Below, in pieces: positions 45,901 through 59,680 of a DNA stretch of 64,000 bases. How positions within the stretch are numbered: the first letter of the stretch is position 1; each line of letters opens with the position of its first letter. The position numbers were made by a program, and so were the translations under genes. The stretch lies in assembly GCF_009914755.1 (NCBI RefSeq), contig NC_060928.1. The stretch is one strand, 5' to 3'. This DNA is from the human T2T-CHM13v2.0 reference genome, Homo sapiens. The notes beneath the pieces are model-generated. The model was given only the letters and a program-made list of their open reading frames with translations. It was not told the origin of the DNA and did no database searches.

Positions 45901-48127
45901 AAAAAAAGGCTGCATATTAGAATGCAAGTTGAACATCCTTCATACTCCAAATCAGCAACTACACTTATAGTATAGATTGGCGGAGCCAGAGAGAGTGATA
46001 GGAACCTTATTCTCGAACAATTGTGGCTGCAGGTTTCCACCTCCCTATCTCCACCCTCAGGGAGCAGTGCAGAGGCTTTTCTTTGTTTCACCTGACTTGA
46101 AGTATTTCCATGGCGTTTACTATGTGTATTAAAACTAATAGTAGCCAAGTCAGGAATAACACTTGCAGCAAGCTTAGGATACACTTGGGACACACTCTTA
46201 AATAACTAATAGGTCAAAGAAAAAATCATGTTGGAGATTAGAAAATACAATAAAAGAAATGAAAAGAAAAGCACAACTTACCAAAACTTTTGGAATGCAT
46301 CAAATGCAATGCTCATGTAGAAATGTATACCTGTAAATGCTTATATTAAAAAAGAAAAATTTTAAGTTAATAACTTAATCATATTTTAAGAAACTATAAA
46401 AAGAAAAGCAAGATAAATTCAAAGCCAGTATAAGAAATAAAGATTAGAGTGGAGATCAATAAAATAGAGAAAAAAAGAAAATTTTAAAACATAAGTTGAT
46501 TTTTTAAAGCAATCAGCAAAATGGACAAATCTTTAGACAAAGAAAAAAAGAAAAATTACTGAAATCAGAAAAGAAATTGGAGACATTACTTCAGACACTA
46601 AGAAAATGAAAAAGATTTTGAGTATATTATGAATAATTGTACACCAACAAATTAGATAACATTGAAAACATTTTAACATAGAAAACAATTTTAAACAAAT
46701 TTAAAAAATTTCTGGAAACACACAAACTGCCAAAACTAACTCAAAAAAAAAAAATAAAAATTTTAAAGAGACAAACAACAAATAAAAAGATTGTATCAGC
46801 ACTCAAAACCTCCCTCAAAAGAATCCCCAGGACCATATGTCTTCACTGGTAAATTGTTCCAAACGTTTTTTAAAACATAACATCAGTCAATTTTAAATTT
46901 TCCTAAACGTAGAAGATGTTTTCCTAAGTAATTTTTTTATTAACTCCTTATTTGAGGCCAGGATTAATCTGATAATAAAGTTAGAAAAAGACATCACATG
47001 AGAACAAAACAAAAGATCAATATTATTTATTATTACAAATGCAAAACTATTCAACAAAATATTAGCAAACCGAATCCAACAGAATTTTAAGAGAATCCTA
47101 TATTATGACCAAGTGGGATTTATTCCAAGAATGCAAGGGTGGTTCAATATATGAACATCAATCAACATAACATAGCACATTAACAAAATAAATTGAAATA
47201 TGATTAATTGATACAGAAAGAGAATTTGAAAATATCTAATATTCTTTCATGATACAAGCCCTCAACAAATTAGGACTACAAGGAAACTTCTGCAAATAAT
47301 AAAGGGTGTTTATGAAAAACTCACAGCCAACATTATATTCAATGAAGAGCAACTGAAATGTTTTCCTCTAAGATTAGGAATGAGACAAGAATATTTGCTT
47401 TCCTCATTTCTATTCAACATTTTACTAGATGTTCTAGTGAGAGCAATTATGCAAGAAAAGATATAAAAAGCATCCAAACTGGAAAAGAAGAAATAAAATC
47501 ATCTTTACTTTTAGATGACGTGATCCAATAAAAAAAATATGAAGGAATTTGCACGTACAAATAATAAAGATGATAAATTCAGTAATGTTGCAAAAAAATG
47601 AGATCAATATAAAATCAGTTCTTTATCTGCAAATTACCAATGAATGATTCCAAAATGAAATTAAGAATACATTTCCATTTAAAATGGTAAAACAATAACA
47701 TTTAGAAATAAAATTAACCAATGAGAGAAAAGATTTGTACACTGAAAACTAAAAAACTTTGCCGAAAAGTTTAAGATGATCCAAATAAATAAAAAGCCAG
47801 TCCATTCTTATGGATTGAAACATACTGTTGTTAATTGGCAGCACTATCCAAATTGTTCTACAAATGAAATACAAATCACTATCCAATAGCCTTTTTACAG
47901 AAATAGAAAATAAAAGTAATCCTATAATTTATATGAAATTTCAAGGGACCCTAAAGAGTCAGAACAATCTTGAAAAAGAAGAAATTTGGAGTACTCATTC
48001 TTCCTGAATTTGAAACTTACTACAAAGTTCTTATAATTGAAACAATGTGGTATTAGCCTAAAGAAAGACATGTAGACCAATAAGATAGAATTAACAGTTA
48101 ATAGATAAATTTATATATATACATGGT

Positions 48128-48503
48128 TGTATTAGTTCATTTTCATACTGCCATAAAAAAACTCCCTGAGACTGGATAATTTATAAAGGAAAGTGCTTTA
48201 ACTGACTCACAGTTCAGCAGGGCTGTGGAGTCCTCAGCAAACTTACAATCATGACAGAAAGCAAAGGAGAAGCAAGGTACCTTCTTCACAAGGCGGCAGG
48301 AAGAAGTGCTGAGCAAAGGGGGAAGAGCCCCTTATAAAACCATCAGATCTTGTGAGAACTCACTTACTATATGAGAACAGCATGTGGGAAACTGCCCTCA
48401 TAATTCAATTACCTCCACCTGTTCTCTCCCTTGACATATAGGGATTATGGGGATTATAATTCAAGATGAGATTTGGGTGGGGACACAAAGCCTAACCATA
48501 TCA
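48128..48503 (-). mobile_element. THE1C-like MaLR solo LTR
   Basis: tgtattagttcattttcatactgc...ccttcttcacaaggcggcagg...gatttgggtggggacacaaagcctaaccatatca. Confidence 0.9.
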
Positions 48504-48866
48504 AGGTCAATTGATTTTAAATAAGAGTGCTAAGACCAGTTAATGAAGAAGGAATAGTCTCATCAACAAATGATGCTGGGACTACTGGATATTCACTTGG
48601 CAAAGAATGAAGTTATACCGACCTACCTTATACCATATTCAAAAATTAACTCAAAATGGATCAAATACATTAATATAAGAGATAAAACTATAAAAGTTAA
48701 AAGTCTTAGAAGAAAATATAAAAGCAAATCTGCATGACCTTGGATATGGCAAAGTATCCTTAGATATGACACTAAAAGCAAAAACAAAAGTACAAATAGA
48801 AAAATTGGATTTCATAAAAAGTTTAAAATTTTCGATCCACACAATATTATTAAGAAAGTCAATCCA

Positions 48867-49164
48867 GGCTGGGTGCGGTGGCTCAGGCCTGTAATCACAG
48901 CACTTTGGGAGGCCGAGAAAGACAGATCACGAGGTCAGGAGATCAAGACCATCCTGGCTAACACTGTGAAACCACATCTCTACTAAAAATAGAAAAATTA
49001 GCCAGGCATGGTGGCGGCCAGCTGTAGTCCCAGCTACTCGAGAGGCAGAGGTAGAATGATGTGAACCCAGGAGATGGAGCTTTCAGTGAGCCAAGATCTT
49101 GCCACTGCACTCCAGCCTGGGAGACAGGCAAGACTCCGTCTCAAAAAAAAAAAAAAAAAAAAAA
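48867..49164 (+). mobile_element. AluY/AluSc8-like, diverged
   Basis: gatcacgaggtcaggagatcaagaccatcctggctaacac; A22 tail. Confidence 0.92.
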
Positions 49165-49548
49165 GCCAAAAGACAACCCAAAGAATGGGACAAAATGTTA
49201 GCAAATTACGTGTCTGATAAGGGTTTAGTGTTCAAAATGTGTAAAGAACTCATACAACTCAACAAAAACGACAAGAACAAATAAAACAAATTACCTAATT
49301 AAAAAAGGACAAAAGATTTGAACAGAAATTTCACCAAAGAAAAGATACCAATGGCTAAAAAGCATATGAAAAGATGTTCAGTATCATTAGTCTCTTTAAC
49401 TGTGGTTGGAGTATTTCAACCATAGAAATAAGCAAATGCTACAAATAAAAAAAATAAGACTTATTGATTATTCTTATTGATTGTTCAGACTAAGAAATGA
49501 TAAAGAAAATGTTAATAATGTAGACTAAACTTAAAAGTGTGTTTCTTC

Positions 49549-49770
49549 CATGAGAACACGTGGACACAGGGAGGGGAACATCACACATCGGGGTCTATCA
49601 GGGCGTGGGCAGCAAGGGGAGGTAGAGCATTAAGACAAATACCAAATACGTGTGGTGCTTAAAATCTAGATGACGGGTTAATAGGTGCAGCAAACCACCA
49701 TGGCACGTGTATATCTGTGTAACAAACCTGCACATTCTGCACATGTATCCTGGAAATTAAGTAATTTTTT
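49549..49770 (+). mobile_element. Short L1PA8/10-like 3'-end insertion (about 220 bp)
   Basis: 3'UTR only; degenerate TSD aaaagtgtgtttcttc/aaaaatgtgttttatc. Confidence 0.88.
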
Positions 49771-50544
49771 AAAAATGTGTTTTATCAGTAGCTATTATTT
49801 TGTGATGAGCCACAAAAAAATATATACTTTCAGTATTAAAAAACAATTGTCCAATTTGGCATTCACTCATCTTAAAGGTAAAAGAGATGTTCCAACATAT
49901 GCCTCCATGGTTTCACTTTTGTCGTATTTGTTAATAATGTAAGAAAAACTATCAACCAACATTCATATCAGAACTACATTCATTCATCAAATGTAACCAT
50001 GGATTAGCACTGGATATGGATAGACTATGGTAAAAATCAACAAAAGCATTCTATGATACTTTTCTCTGTGTAGTCATTCACTATATAGAATTTACAATAA
50101 AAAGTGTTTTATAGTATATTTTAGTATTACTTGTAAATTGTGTTGTTGCACTTTTCTGATATCAGTACCATTTATAATAATTTATGCAATTTTTTATCCC
50201 ATTGAGGATTCAGTTATATAGCATTTAACAACAAAACACTGGAATAAGCTCTCTTTCTGAACTGTGGAACATTCTGCCTTTCATATCATGATTGGTCTCT
50301 GGGGAGTTAAAAATCTAAGAGCTTTCAGTAATGTGTAGAAGACTCTCCTGTTAAGTCAGAGATTGAAACTTATCTTTCCGTAGCAGCCCTTAAGAACCTT
50401 CTCACTTAAGTATGTTTCTGCACCTAATGGCCACACTGTTCTCTGGTCATCAATAGTAAAACTTGATAGTGACCTCATTAAATATTATCCAACATAAAGG
50501 ATCTACATAAATTACTTAAAATTCTTCTGCACGAGATTTGTTTC

Positions 50545-51899
50545 TTTCATAGCATTCAGTTATTTAATTATTCAATCACTTATATCATTATAAATTCACG
50601 GATATTTATTTTCTACTTCAAGTTATAAGCCAGTCCTAATTTATTTATTTTTTCTTAAATTATTCCAGATTTGGACATTGGAAGCTCTTTCAGTTGGCTT
50701 CTGTGTCCCTTCCACATACCCTTACAAACAGAGATTTTGTTTTTGTTTTTAGAATACTATTTTCCTTTATGGCATTAAGATACTCCAGGCTCATTTTGTA
50801 TATTTCCTGCTCTTACCGTAGAATTAGCCATTTCTCCAAAGAGTTCCTTTTATTGTAAAGTACTATTAGAATCCAATCTCAGGGCTCCAGGTGTATTTGT
50901 TGTTTCTGAGGATTGTTGCTTCCAGGAATTTGGCTCATAAAATAACACATGTGTTTTATTTACCAGGCATGTACACATAGCTATAAATATTTTTACATCT
51001 AATCATCTGAATTTATATTAAGCTAAACAAAATTTTCTACTTGTATCTTCAACTTTATTTTATTACCACATGGATCATTCTAGCATTCTCTATTTTTTTA
51101 TCTGTTAATTTCCACACTATCAGTAAGAAACCTAATTCCCACCATCCATTTATTAATTGTTCAATTCCAGTACACCAAAGCAGAAGTATCAGAATGAATA
51201 CACCATCGGAAACAACTTTATCATCTAAAGACAAAACTTTACTCAGTTCTAAAGTTACCCAGGTGAGTAACTTTCCCCTGTCCTCTTCAATGTGACTGCT
51301 TCCAGATATTTAAAATACAATTAGACTGTTTTGTCACCTTCATCATTCCAAACTGGGATTCTCCAAAATTCTATTATAGTTCATTATTTTTTAATTTCCA
51401 TACATTTTCTATGTTTATGCTCTAAAATTCTATAGGTTTTGGCAAATATATAGTGTCACATATTGATCATTACAGTATCATACAGAATAATTTTACCACC
51501 TTAAAGGAAGTCTCTGTGCTTCACATATTCAAAGCTTCCCTGTCTTCACTAGCAACTACTGAGCAGTTTTGCCATTCCCAGAGGGTCATATAAATAAAAT
51601 AAAACAACATGTAGCATTTCAGACTTGCTTCTTTTATTTATAAATATACATTTAGGATACATATCTGTTTCCTTGTGGCTTACTAGCTCATTTATTTCCA
51701 TCAGTGGTTCCATTGTACACATAAAGCACTGACTATATATTCACTTATTGAAGGACTTCTTGAATGCTTCTGGCTTTTAACAATTATGAATGTAGCTGAT
51801 ATTCACATTCATGTGCAGATATTCACATGTATATGCATTTTTAAATGGTTGGATAAATATCTAGAACAATTACTTGATGTGGTAAGGTTATTTAAACAT
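50545..51899 (-). mobile_element. L1MC3/L1MD-like 3' segment
   Basis: ttggacattggaagctctttcagttggcttctgtgtccctt...ctccaggctcattttgtatatttcctgc...cagtatcatacagaataattttaccacctta. Confidence 0.75.
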
Positions 51900-52059
51900 C
51901 GTCTTCGAAATGAAGGGAAACACAGTTGTATCTTAAATATATATTTATAAATGAGATGATTTGCAAAAGATGGTGAGGACCTGAAGCATGTATTTAATTT
52001 CGCTCTTGAAAAATAATGGTGAGGGTACGTAACTTATTAAGAAATAGAGTACAAGGTGC

Positions 52060-52178
52060 CAGGTCAATAGTTTTCTTTTTCCCAACACTTTTAATATTTC
52101 ACTTTACTTTCTTCTTGCTTGCGTGGTTTCTGATGAGAAGTCTGCTACAGTTCTTATCGTTGTTCCTATATATGTGAC
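52060..52178 (-). mobile_element. Old L1M ORF1-region fragment
   Basis: ttcttcttgcttgcgtggtttctgatgagaagtctgctac..ttcttatc.ttgttcct. Confidence 0.6.
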
Positions 52179-52179
52179 T

Positions 52180-52849
52180 TAGTTTGGCAATGAACTTCTA
52201 GATATAATACCAAAGCACCATCCAAAAATAAGAAGAAAATACATGAAAAGCTGTGCTTTGTTAAAGTTAAAAACCCCAGCTATGTGAAATATAATGTTAA
52301 GATAATCAAAAGACAAAACATAGAATGAGAGATATAATGTGACAAATGCAGATTTTATTCCTGTGTATGCAATATACAAAGAAAGCTTAACACTCAGTAC
52401 AAAAACAACACAGTGAAAAAATGGATGAAAAATCTGAATAGATATCTCACCAAAGTAGATATACAGATGGAAAATAAGCATATAAAAAGATGCTCAACAT
52501 TATTAAAATTAGATAATTGAAAATGTTAAAATGTGGCATAGCAGTAGAAGGACTAAAATCTAACAAATTAATAATAGTAATTTCTGGTGATCATACAGAG
52601 TTAGCAGAGCAATACTTATTCATTGGTGGTGGTAATTCCATAAAATAAAGCCACATTGAAAGACATTGTTACAGTTTCTTGCAAAGTCTATGTTTAAATA
52701 GCCTTACCACATCAAGTAATTGTTCTGGATACTTATCCAACCATTTGAAAATGCATGTACATGTGAAAGTCTGCACATGAATGTGAATATCAGATTTCTT
52801 CATAATTGCCAGAAGCTGAAGCATCCAGGAAGTCCTTCCATATGTGAAT
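52180..52849 (+). mobile_element. Inverted continuation of the 50545-51899 L1MC/MD element (ORF2 C-terminal part)
   Basis: Plus-strand ORF2 end (atacagatggaaaataagcatataaaaagatgctcaacat); its last 160 bp are an inverted copy of 51739-51899. Confidence 0.8.
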
Positions 52850-53718
52850 TTGGATCCCTTAAGAGAACACTGAGGTATTTTGCATGTCAACTTCACACTT
52901 TTATTGAGGAAGTTCTCCTGTGCCTGCCAGCCCCCTTTAACTCTAAAAATAAATCAACATTTTCTAAGACAGTATCTTTGCACTTGACTGATTATGGCAT
53001 TACAAAACCAGTCATTGTATTGTACAATATATGGAAGAACTCATCACTGTAGTATATTTACATGCCAATTCCATCTTTTAGGGTAGTGGTCACTTTTGTG
53101 AATTATGGTTATGCCTCTTTCTTCTAATGGCATTCATTAGAATTAGCCTATATAATTTCTATATTACATATTATTGAAATTAATTCACACATTTTACCTG
53201 GTTTAATTCTTGAAGTTATCACAGGTAGTATTTTTATCTTGGAGAAGGTGAATAAGAAAACTGGTCTACTGAATCATAATTTCATGTCCTCCCAACACAG
53301 CTGTCTATTGCCCCTTCATGTTTGCATCATTACAAGGCAGCCAAAATACAAGTGGAGGAAGTTAGTCAACCAGAATAAAATACTACAGTTCTCATGTTTT
53401 TTAAAATGTCTAATGAAAAAACTATCATGAAATTGCTTCACAAAAATCTATGAAAAGTCTATTTTAAAAGTCTATAAAAGTCATCTCATTTTATTAAGAT
53501 TGAAACTTCAACCTATTTAGAACATTTTATTTTCCTTTTTGAGATGGGTTTAAAGACTTTATAGAAAGTTCCATTGTCTACATCCATGGAGATTATCTTT
53601 ATTTAACAGTTTTTTTATTTCTGTGACAATAACACAAAATATAGATTTGGTCTCTGCCATATGTTCCTGACATAAAGCTCCTGAACTCTTGTAATTTTCT
53701 GGGTAATGGGGATGATAG

Positions 53719-54530
53719 TAATATGCGAGGTAGGGGCAGGGAAGTACTGGGTAGAGAAGGGCGGGTCCCTGGCAGGGCTACACCCCAGGGCCTATGCCTA
53801 CAGACCTAGGTGAGGACAGGCTTTTCTGTTTTTGTGCCCAAATGTTGCATTATCCAAGACCACCCTAGCGTCCCACGCCCCCATCCTGTGCCTATAAAAA
53901 CCCTGAGATCCTAGTGGGCAGGCACACAAGCAGCTGGACGCTGAGAAGAACACACCAGCAGAAGATACAAGCAGCTGGACGTCAAGAGGAGCACGCCGGC
54001 AGAAGAACACACCAGCAGATACCAGCAAATGCCAACAGGCCATCTATGTTGGGACGACACTGAATTTGGCCGGGATGGTCTGAGCAGCCCGATTACAGGG
54101 GAAGACCACCTTCCCATACCATTCCTCTTCTGGCTCCCCATCCATCTCGGAGAGTTTCCACCATGCAATAAAACCTCCTTACACATTCTCCACGACCACA
54201 TGTGAACAAATTTTTCCAGTATACCAAGTCAAGACCCCTGGGATACAGAAAGCTTTCTTTCCTTGTGATAAGGCATAGGTTCTAATTGAGCTGATTAACA
54301 CAAGCTGACTGCAGATGGCAAAATTGAAAGAGCACACTGTAACTCACTCCCGCTGGGGCTCCAGGAGTTGTAAACACTCAACGCTTGATGCTGCCATGGG
54401 GTTGGCGCTCCCCAAGACCTGCCCATCTGCATGCTCCCCCTAGGGGTATGAGCAGTGGGGCACCTAAGAAGTGAGCCACACCCCGCATTGCATGTCCTGC
54501 CTGGGGGATCAGGGAACTTTTCCTGTTTCA
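53719..54530 (+). mobile_element. LTR1-family (ERV1, HUERS-P2-type) solo LTR
   Basis: 812 bp, ends ..cctgtttca, 4-bp TSD atag (53715-53718 and 54531-54534); motif gacctaggtgaggacaggc...cccaaatgttgcatt. Confidence 0.8.
53755..54172 (+). promoter_or_regulatory. LTR U3/R signals: GC boxes, TATA box, poly(A) signal
   Basis: gggcgg at about 53759, cacgcccc at 53874, TATAAAA at 53893, AATAAA at 54167, in canonical LTR order; activity untested. Confidence 0.5.
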
Positions 54531-55896
54531 ATAGTAGCATTGTACACAGAGATCCTAAATTCCTTTGAATTTCCTTGGTAATAGGAGCATCTTTTGTTCT
54601 AATGCAGCAACTCTTGGATGGTTTCAGGATGGCAGCTGATCACAAGAAACACCAAACTGTGAACAGAAGCTTAGAATTTAAGTCCCTCTCTCCATCCTCC
54701 AAGGAGGACAGAGGGACTGGAAATAGAGTTAATAATTAATCGTGACCACATGATGAAGCCTCCATAAAAATCTCTAAACTTCAGGGGTCAGGGAGCTTCC
54801 AGGTAGGTGAACACTTCCACATGCACAACTCCATGGGGACAGAAGCTTCTCTGTACAGGATTTTTTGGACCTTGCCCTGTAAACCTCCTCATCTGGCTGT
54901 TGATCTGTAGCCTTGATAATATCTTTTATAATAAACGGATAAATGTAAGTAAAAGTTTCCCAGAGTTTTTTAAGCCATTATTAGCAAACTGTCATACCTG
55001 TTAGGGAGTGGTGGGGACCCTTGATTTATGGCTGGTTGGTCAGAAGTACAGATGACAACCCGGGATTTGTGATTGTTTTCTGAAGTGTGGGCTGGCAGTC
55101 TAATAGGCTGGAGCCCTTAACTTATGGGGTCTACACGAATTCCAGGTAGTCAGTGTCCGGATTAAATTGCAGAGCACTCATTTGGTGTTCAGACAGCTAG
55201 AGGATTGGCTGCTATGGAAAAACACCACACACGTTTGGTGTCAGAAGTTTTGTGAGCATAAAGAGAAAGGATTTTTTTTCCTTTAATTTCTTACTAAGTG
55301 TGATTTTCAAATACATTACAGAATCACTGCATAATTTCACAGATATGTTATAGAATGTGAAAGATTATAGAAATTTTTAGATTAAATTATATATAAGATC
55401 TCTTCTTATAGATTTGAAACTTTTTTTCTATTGTTTTTCCTTCTATCTTGTAGGCAGAATTTTGAGTTTTTGGCATTCCAAAGGCCTGAGTTTGACTACA
55501 TGAGCTAGGTATTGTACAGAATTTGACTTATTTCAAAACTTGCCAGCAGTGTTTGATAGGAGGGAGCAAAACTAGCTGTCTCTCGCCCTTTCTTTAAATA
55601 TTCCTGCCACTCTAACCTTCTATTATTTTCTATATTTTCTATGTTCTTTCACAACTTCCTATTGATTCTCTGCCTGAAATATTTACTTTCTCTCAATTTT
55701 CTGCCTGGCTTTCTCCCACTCATGTTGTGTCCTTGGCTGTTCTCCAAGACACTTTCTTTGACACGCCAATTTAAATCTCATAAACTTTTTTTTTTCTTGA
55801 TAGAACTGTTTATAATTTTTAATAATAAGATATTTGAAAGGTTTTGTAAAGTAGTGTTTCCAGACCATTAAAATTAAAATTTTAGAAAGAAAAATC

Positions 55897-56008
55897 ATAT
55901 ATATATACATAAATACATATGTGTACATATATTCATGTGTGTATATATGTGAATACATATATTCTACACATATGTACACATATATTTAGTAGGCATATAG
56001 GCATATAT
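55897..56008. repeat. (TA/CA/TG)-type low-complexity repeat
   Basis: Alternating purine-pyrimidine, mostly TA. Confidence 0.85.
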
Positions 56009-58147
56009 GGGGTGTTTAGGGTAATAATTTTTAGACCGCTCAAAATTCTGTGGATAAAATAAAAAACAAAAAATATATATAATTGAATGCATCAGGAGAT
56101 TATATTAATGAAGAGAGATCAGAAATAACACACAATATTTACAATTAAATCAGCCATTTGATGTGCCTTTTTTAGCCTCCTGGTGGGCAGATGAGTTAGA
56201 GAATCAGAGAAAAACAGATGTTACAATAAAGAAAAGCCAATTTTTTTAGCTCTTATTGAAGAATGTTAAAACATTAAAAGAAAAATTAATGATATAAAAT
56301 AGGTGATGATTAAACACATATAAATAATTGTTATAGTCCTGCTTTTAGAGAAGAGAATGCTTTAATAAAAAGAAAAAAAATGGCTATTTGGCTCAGGTGA
56401 GAACTATTTACTAGAGGCAACACACCACCCACCTATCTTTCTCCTACAATGCTACTAAGAAAAGCATTCTTAGGTTAAATATTCCATTCAGTTGTGAAGG
56501 ATAAAGAGGAAGATTTATGATAGCTTAGAATCTCATCTGTGCAGCATATATGTGGGTACCAGCAAGGTGGCTAAAGGAGAGAAGTGCAAGGAAAACAGGA
56601 AACACAGGAGCTGGAAGTGAGTAGTATTTCAATTTCTAGTTGGAAGTAAAACTTTGACATTAGTAATATATGTTATATTTAACTGGATCCACAGATTGAA
56701 TCTTTCTATAAAGCATATGCTGGTTCTATAGTCCAAATGATAATTTTGTGAATAAATATTGAAAGTTATTTTTAATTCCATAAGTAAAACTTAACTGCAT
56801 TTAATTTAATGGTACTACAATATTTTTGGAAAAGAAAGAAGAATCATATACCTTTGAGGCACACTATTTTAGCATTTGAAATTTAGTATTATTTACAAAT
56901 GCCAATATTAATAAAACTATACAAGAATCGTTGACAGAGAAGAAAAAGATCTCTACATGTTTTCACTGGAGAAAGTGAATCGTAAAGCCTATTCTCTTCT
57001 TTCAAAGAATAGACATGGAGTTTTCAATTGCAAGGCTTTCCTCTCTTTCTAGTTGACTGTGAAAATACATGTTTGTTTTCCTTATTTATATAATGTGGGA
57101 TGGGAAAATTTTCTTTAACCTGTAGTGATTATGTAGTAAAACATTCTACCTCCATTTAAACAAAAGAGTAAAGTTGTCATTTCCCAAAGACATCCAGAGT
57201 TATTAAATTAGAAACAGCTGGGGCAACTATAGATTTTTCTCCATTAGAAAAGGATACAAATGAGAGAGATTAGTTTGGAAAAATGATTAGCCCAAACCAG
57301 AAAGGGAATTCCAGACAGGATAGTTTACTTTTAAATATCGAAGAGACATTTGAAGTTTTGAAAACAAGAAAGCAGGGGACCAAGTGCATTTCCAGTGTTC
57401 TTTTTAGAGCAGTCTTCCTAGGAAGTAGTGAAGTTTTTCAAAAGTTGTTTAATTTTATATTAACAATGAAATTTGGTGACTTTTGTTCTAAAACAGAAGC
57501 TATAAATGAAATTTTAAGCTCACAAAAACATGAAAAAAACATAATAAATAACTATTTGCATTTATTTTAGTTATTTGCCTTGTTTTATACTAGGGAGTTT
57601 ACAAAAAATACAAGTTAATTCATTACTTTATATTTTAGTTCTAAAGTTATATAACTCTAACATTGTATTTCCTTATATAATGTTACTGAACATAGTGTGG
57701 CATATTTTGGGTGTTGATTTTCCATGCTTCAAAGAGTCATTTTTAAACTAAATTATATCATCTATTATATCACAACCTGACACTCCTATCAATCACCTAG
57801 TAACAATAGCCGGCAATGAAAATTGTGTATAAAATATTCCTTAAAGGCACTTAGAAATGCAATCTTGAAAGAAACATCATATTTCCATCATCACTTTGAG
57901 ATTATTCTAACTTTGAATAATTGCAGTTTTCCTCAGGTTAATTTATATTTGTTTGCTTCTTCAAATACATTTTGCTTACTTAAGAATTGCATACTTTATT
58001 GCATGCATAATGATATAGCAGATACTGTGATCTATTTCCTTTCTCATTGCTCTTAAACTGTAATTGTCCATGGAGAGAAACTATCTCATTCAATGGGCAA
58101 TGTGATAGCATAGGTGAATTCATCAAGAAACATGAATAGGATGATTG

Positions 58148-58350
58148 ATAGCAATAGTTAACCCTTTTGTTAAGTGCTTACTGTGTGTCAGACATGATTA
58201 TAAGTGCTTAATATCGATTAACCTATTTAATTCTTACAGTAAACATATCAGGTAACAGAAACATTAAGAAGTTTAATAACTTGTGCACTTACCTAAAAGG
58301 TGGCAGAGCTGGAATTTAAACCTATTCAGTTTGGCCTCAAACTGTGAGAT
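58148..58350 (-). mobile_element. MIR SINE
   Basis: agtgcttactgtgtgtcagac...atttaattcttaca...ggtggcagagctggaatttaaacc. Confidence 0.7.
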
Positions 58351-59329
58351 TTGAAACTATGTTATATTTTATTCATGCCTCAGAAATTAGACAAAATGCT
58401 CTGAATTTAGTGACAATTCACTGCAATGGGTCTATGGTAGAACTTACACAAAAACAGAATAAAAATTTCCCAAAGGATAACTCACATCCTTAAAAACACA
58501 CGTTAGTACAAAAAAAATCAATGACCTTATTTACTATATAGAATCTTAAAAATATATATAAATTGAGAGGTAGAGGTAAGAATGTGGACATAGTAGGAAC
58601 GTGGCTTATATCCAGTAAGGCCGCAGTCTATTGCTTCTATCATATTTCTAATCCCCCAAAATAAAAAGAGAGCACAAGGAAAAATACAAAGCCTCCTATT
58701 ATCTCTATGAAACAATTTATGGAGTAGCTCATTAATGGGAAAAGGCAGAATTTTTTTTAAGAACTAGAAAGTGACACGGTTGTCAAAGTGATAATGGCAA
58801 TTAACAACTGGAAGCTAGTGTTCAGATAGGACAAAGTGGGCACCGAGGTCTATATTCAGTAGATTAAAACAAATCCCATTATGTATTAATCAGGAAAATG
58901 CCTCCAGACATGTCCAGTAACAATCTGGTGTTCTAAGCTAACTCAGAATTCATAGTCTTTTATCAGTTTTGTTTGGTTAGATCCATGTGTGACAAAATAC
59001 CGTATTCATTTTTACATTATTTAGGCAAGTGCTATTGTGAGTAGAAAATTTTATTTTACATTCTCATAGCATTAGAGAGAATTGACATAACCTTAATGTG
59101 AGGTAAATGTATTTCATTGCTGGAATGTTTTAATAACGGATGTCCATTTATACAAGCAAATCAATTTTTACTTCCATGTCTTCTCGAAAGAACAGAACTG
59201 TAGGTATTTCCTCAGGTTATATAATTGTATATTTATGTATTTATTATTCTTTCACTCAGTACTTGAAAAATATGGTGTAAAGAAGTTGTAGAACTTGCAA
59301 TGTGTGGTCTCATTTTTATCTTCCAATGT

Positions 59330-59680
59330 CATTAATTTATTTGACCCTTTTTTCATCCAATATTCAGGAAACAGAGTAACTAAGACCTGGAAAAAGAAAA
59401 GCATATGATAAACTATTCCTGTCTTCAGGGTGTATGTCTTTTAATGAGGAAGGCAGAGAGAAAATGTACCCTTCAGAGGTTACTCCTATAGCATAGACAT
59501 AGGGTGAGGATAAAATGAAATATAGAAGAACATTAAATGGAGCTGAAGTAAGCAGTCAGGTAAACTTCCATGAAGAGGGAATGTTTGATCTTGAGGTTTG
59601 CTTCCATGTGCAGAAGTTAGTGCAAGAAAGATGAAAATAGTAGTGTACATAAAAAGGCAAAGCCCACCAAGCAAGGAAAA
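59330..59680 (-). mobile_element. L2 LINE fragment
   Basis: cctgtcttcaggg...agtcaggtaaacttccatgaagagggaatgtttgatcttgag. Confidence 0.5.

Larger units (their letters stand above)
46190..49395 (+). mobile_element. Old L1M4/L1MB-type ORF2 segment, interrupted by THE1 and Alu
   Basis: Colinear degenerate ORF2 (atgaccaagtgggatttattccaagaatgcaagggtggttcaa; ttctattcaacatt..ctaga; aaagcatatgaaaagatgttca). Confidence 0.85.
53622..55285 (+). mobile_element. MER21-family LTR, split by the LTR1-type insertion
   Basis: tgtgaca...ttggtctctgcc...ttcctgacataaagctcct on the left; resumes at 54535 with gaagcctccataaaaat...gagcttccaggt.ggtgaacac...tttggtgtcagaagt. Confidence 0.75.

Noticed and set aside
45855-46193. 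112-aa minus-strand ORF
   Set aside because: Non-ATG start at an L1 boundary and no domain similarity.
55430-55515. Acceptor/donor pair (cttgtAG|GCAG...TAG|gtattg) downstream of the LTRs
   Set aside because: The donor is weak and many similar pseudo-exons occur in this T-rich window.
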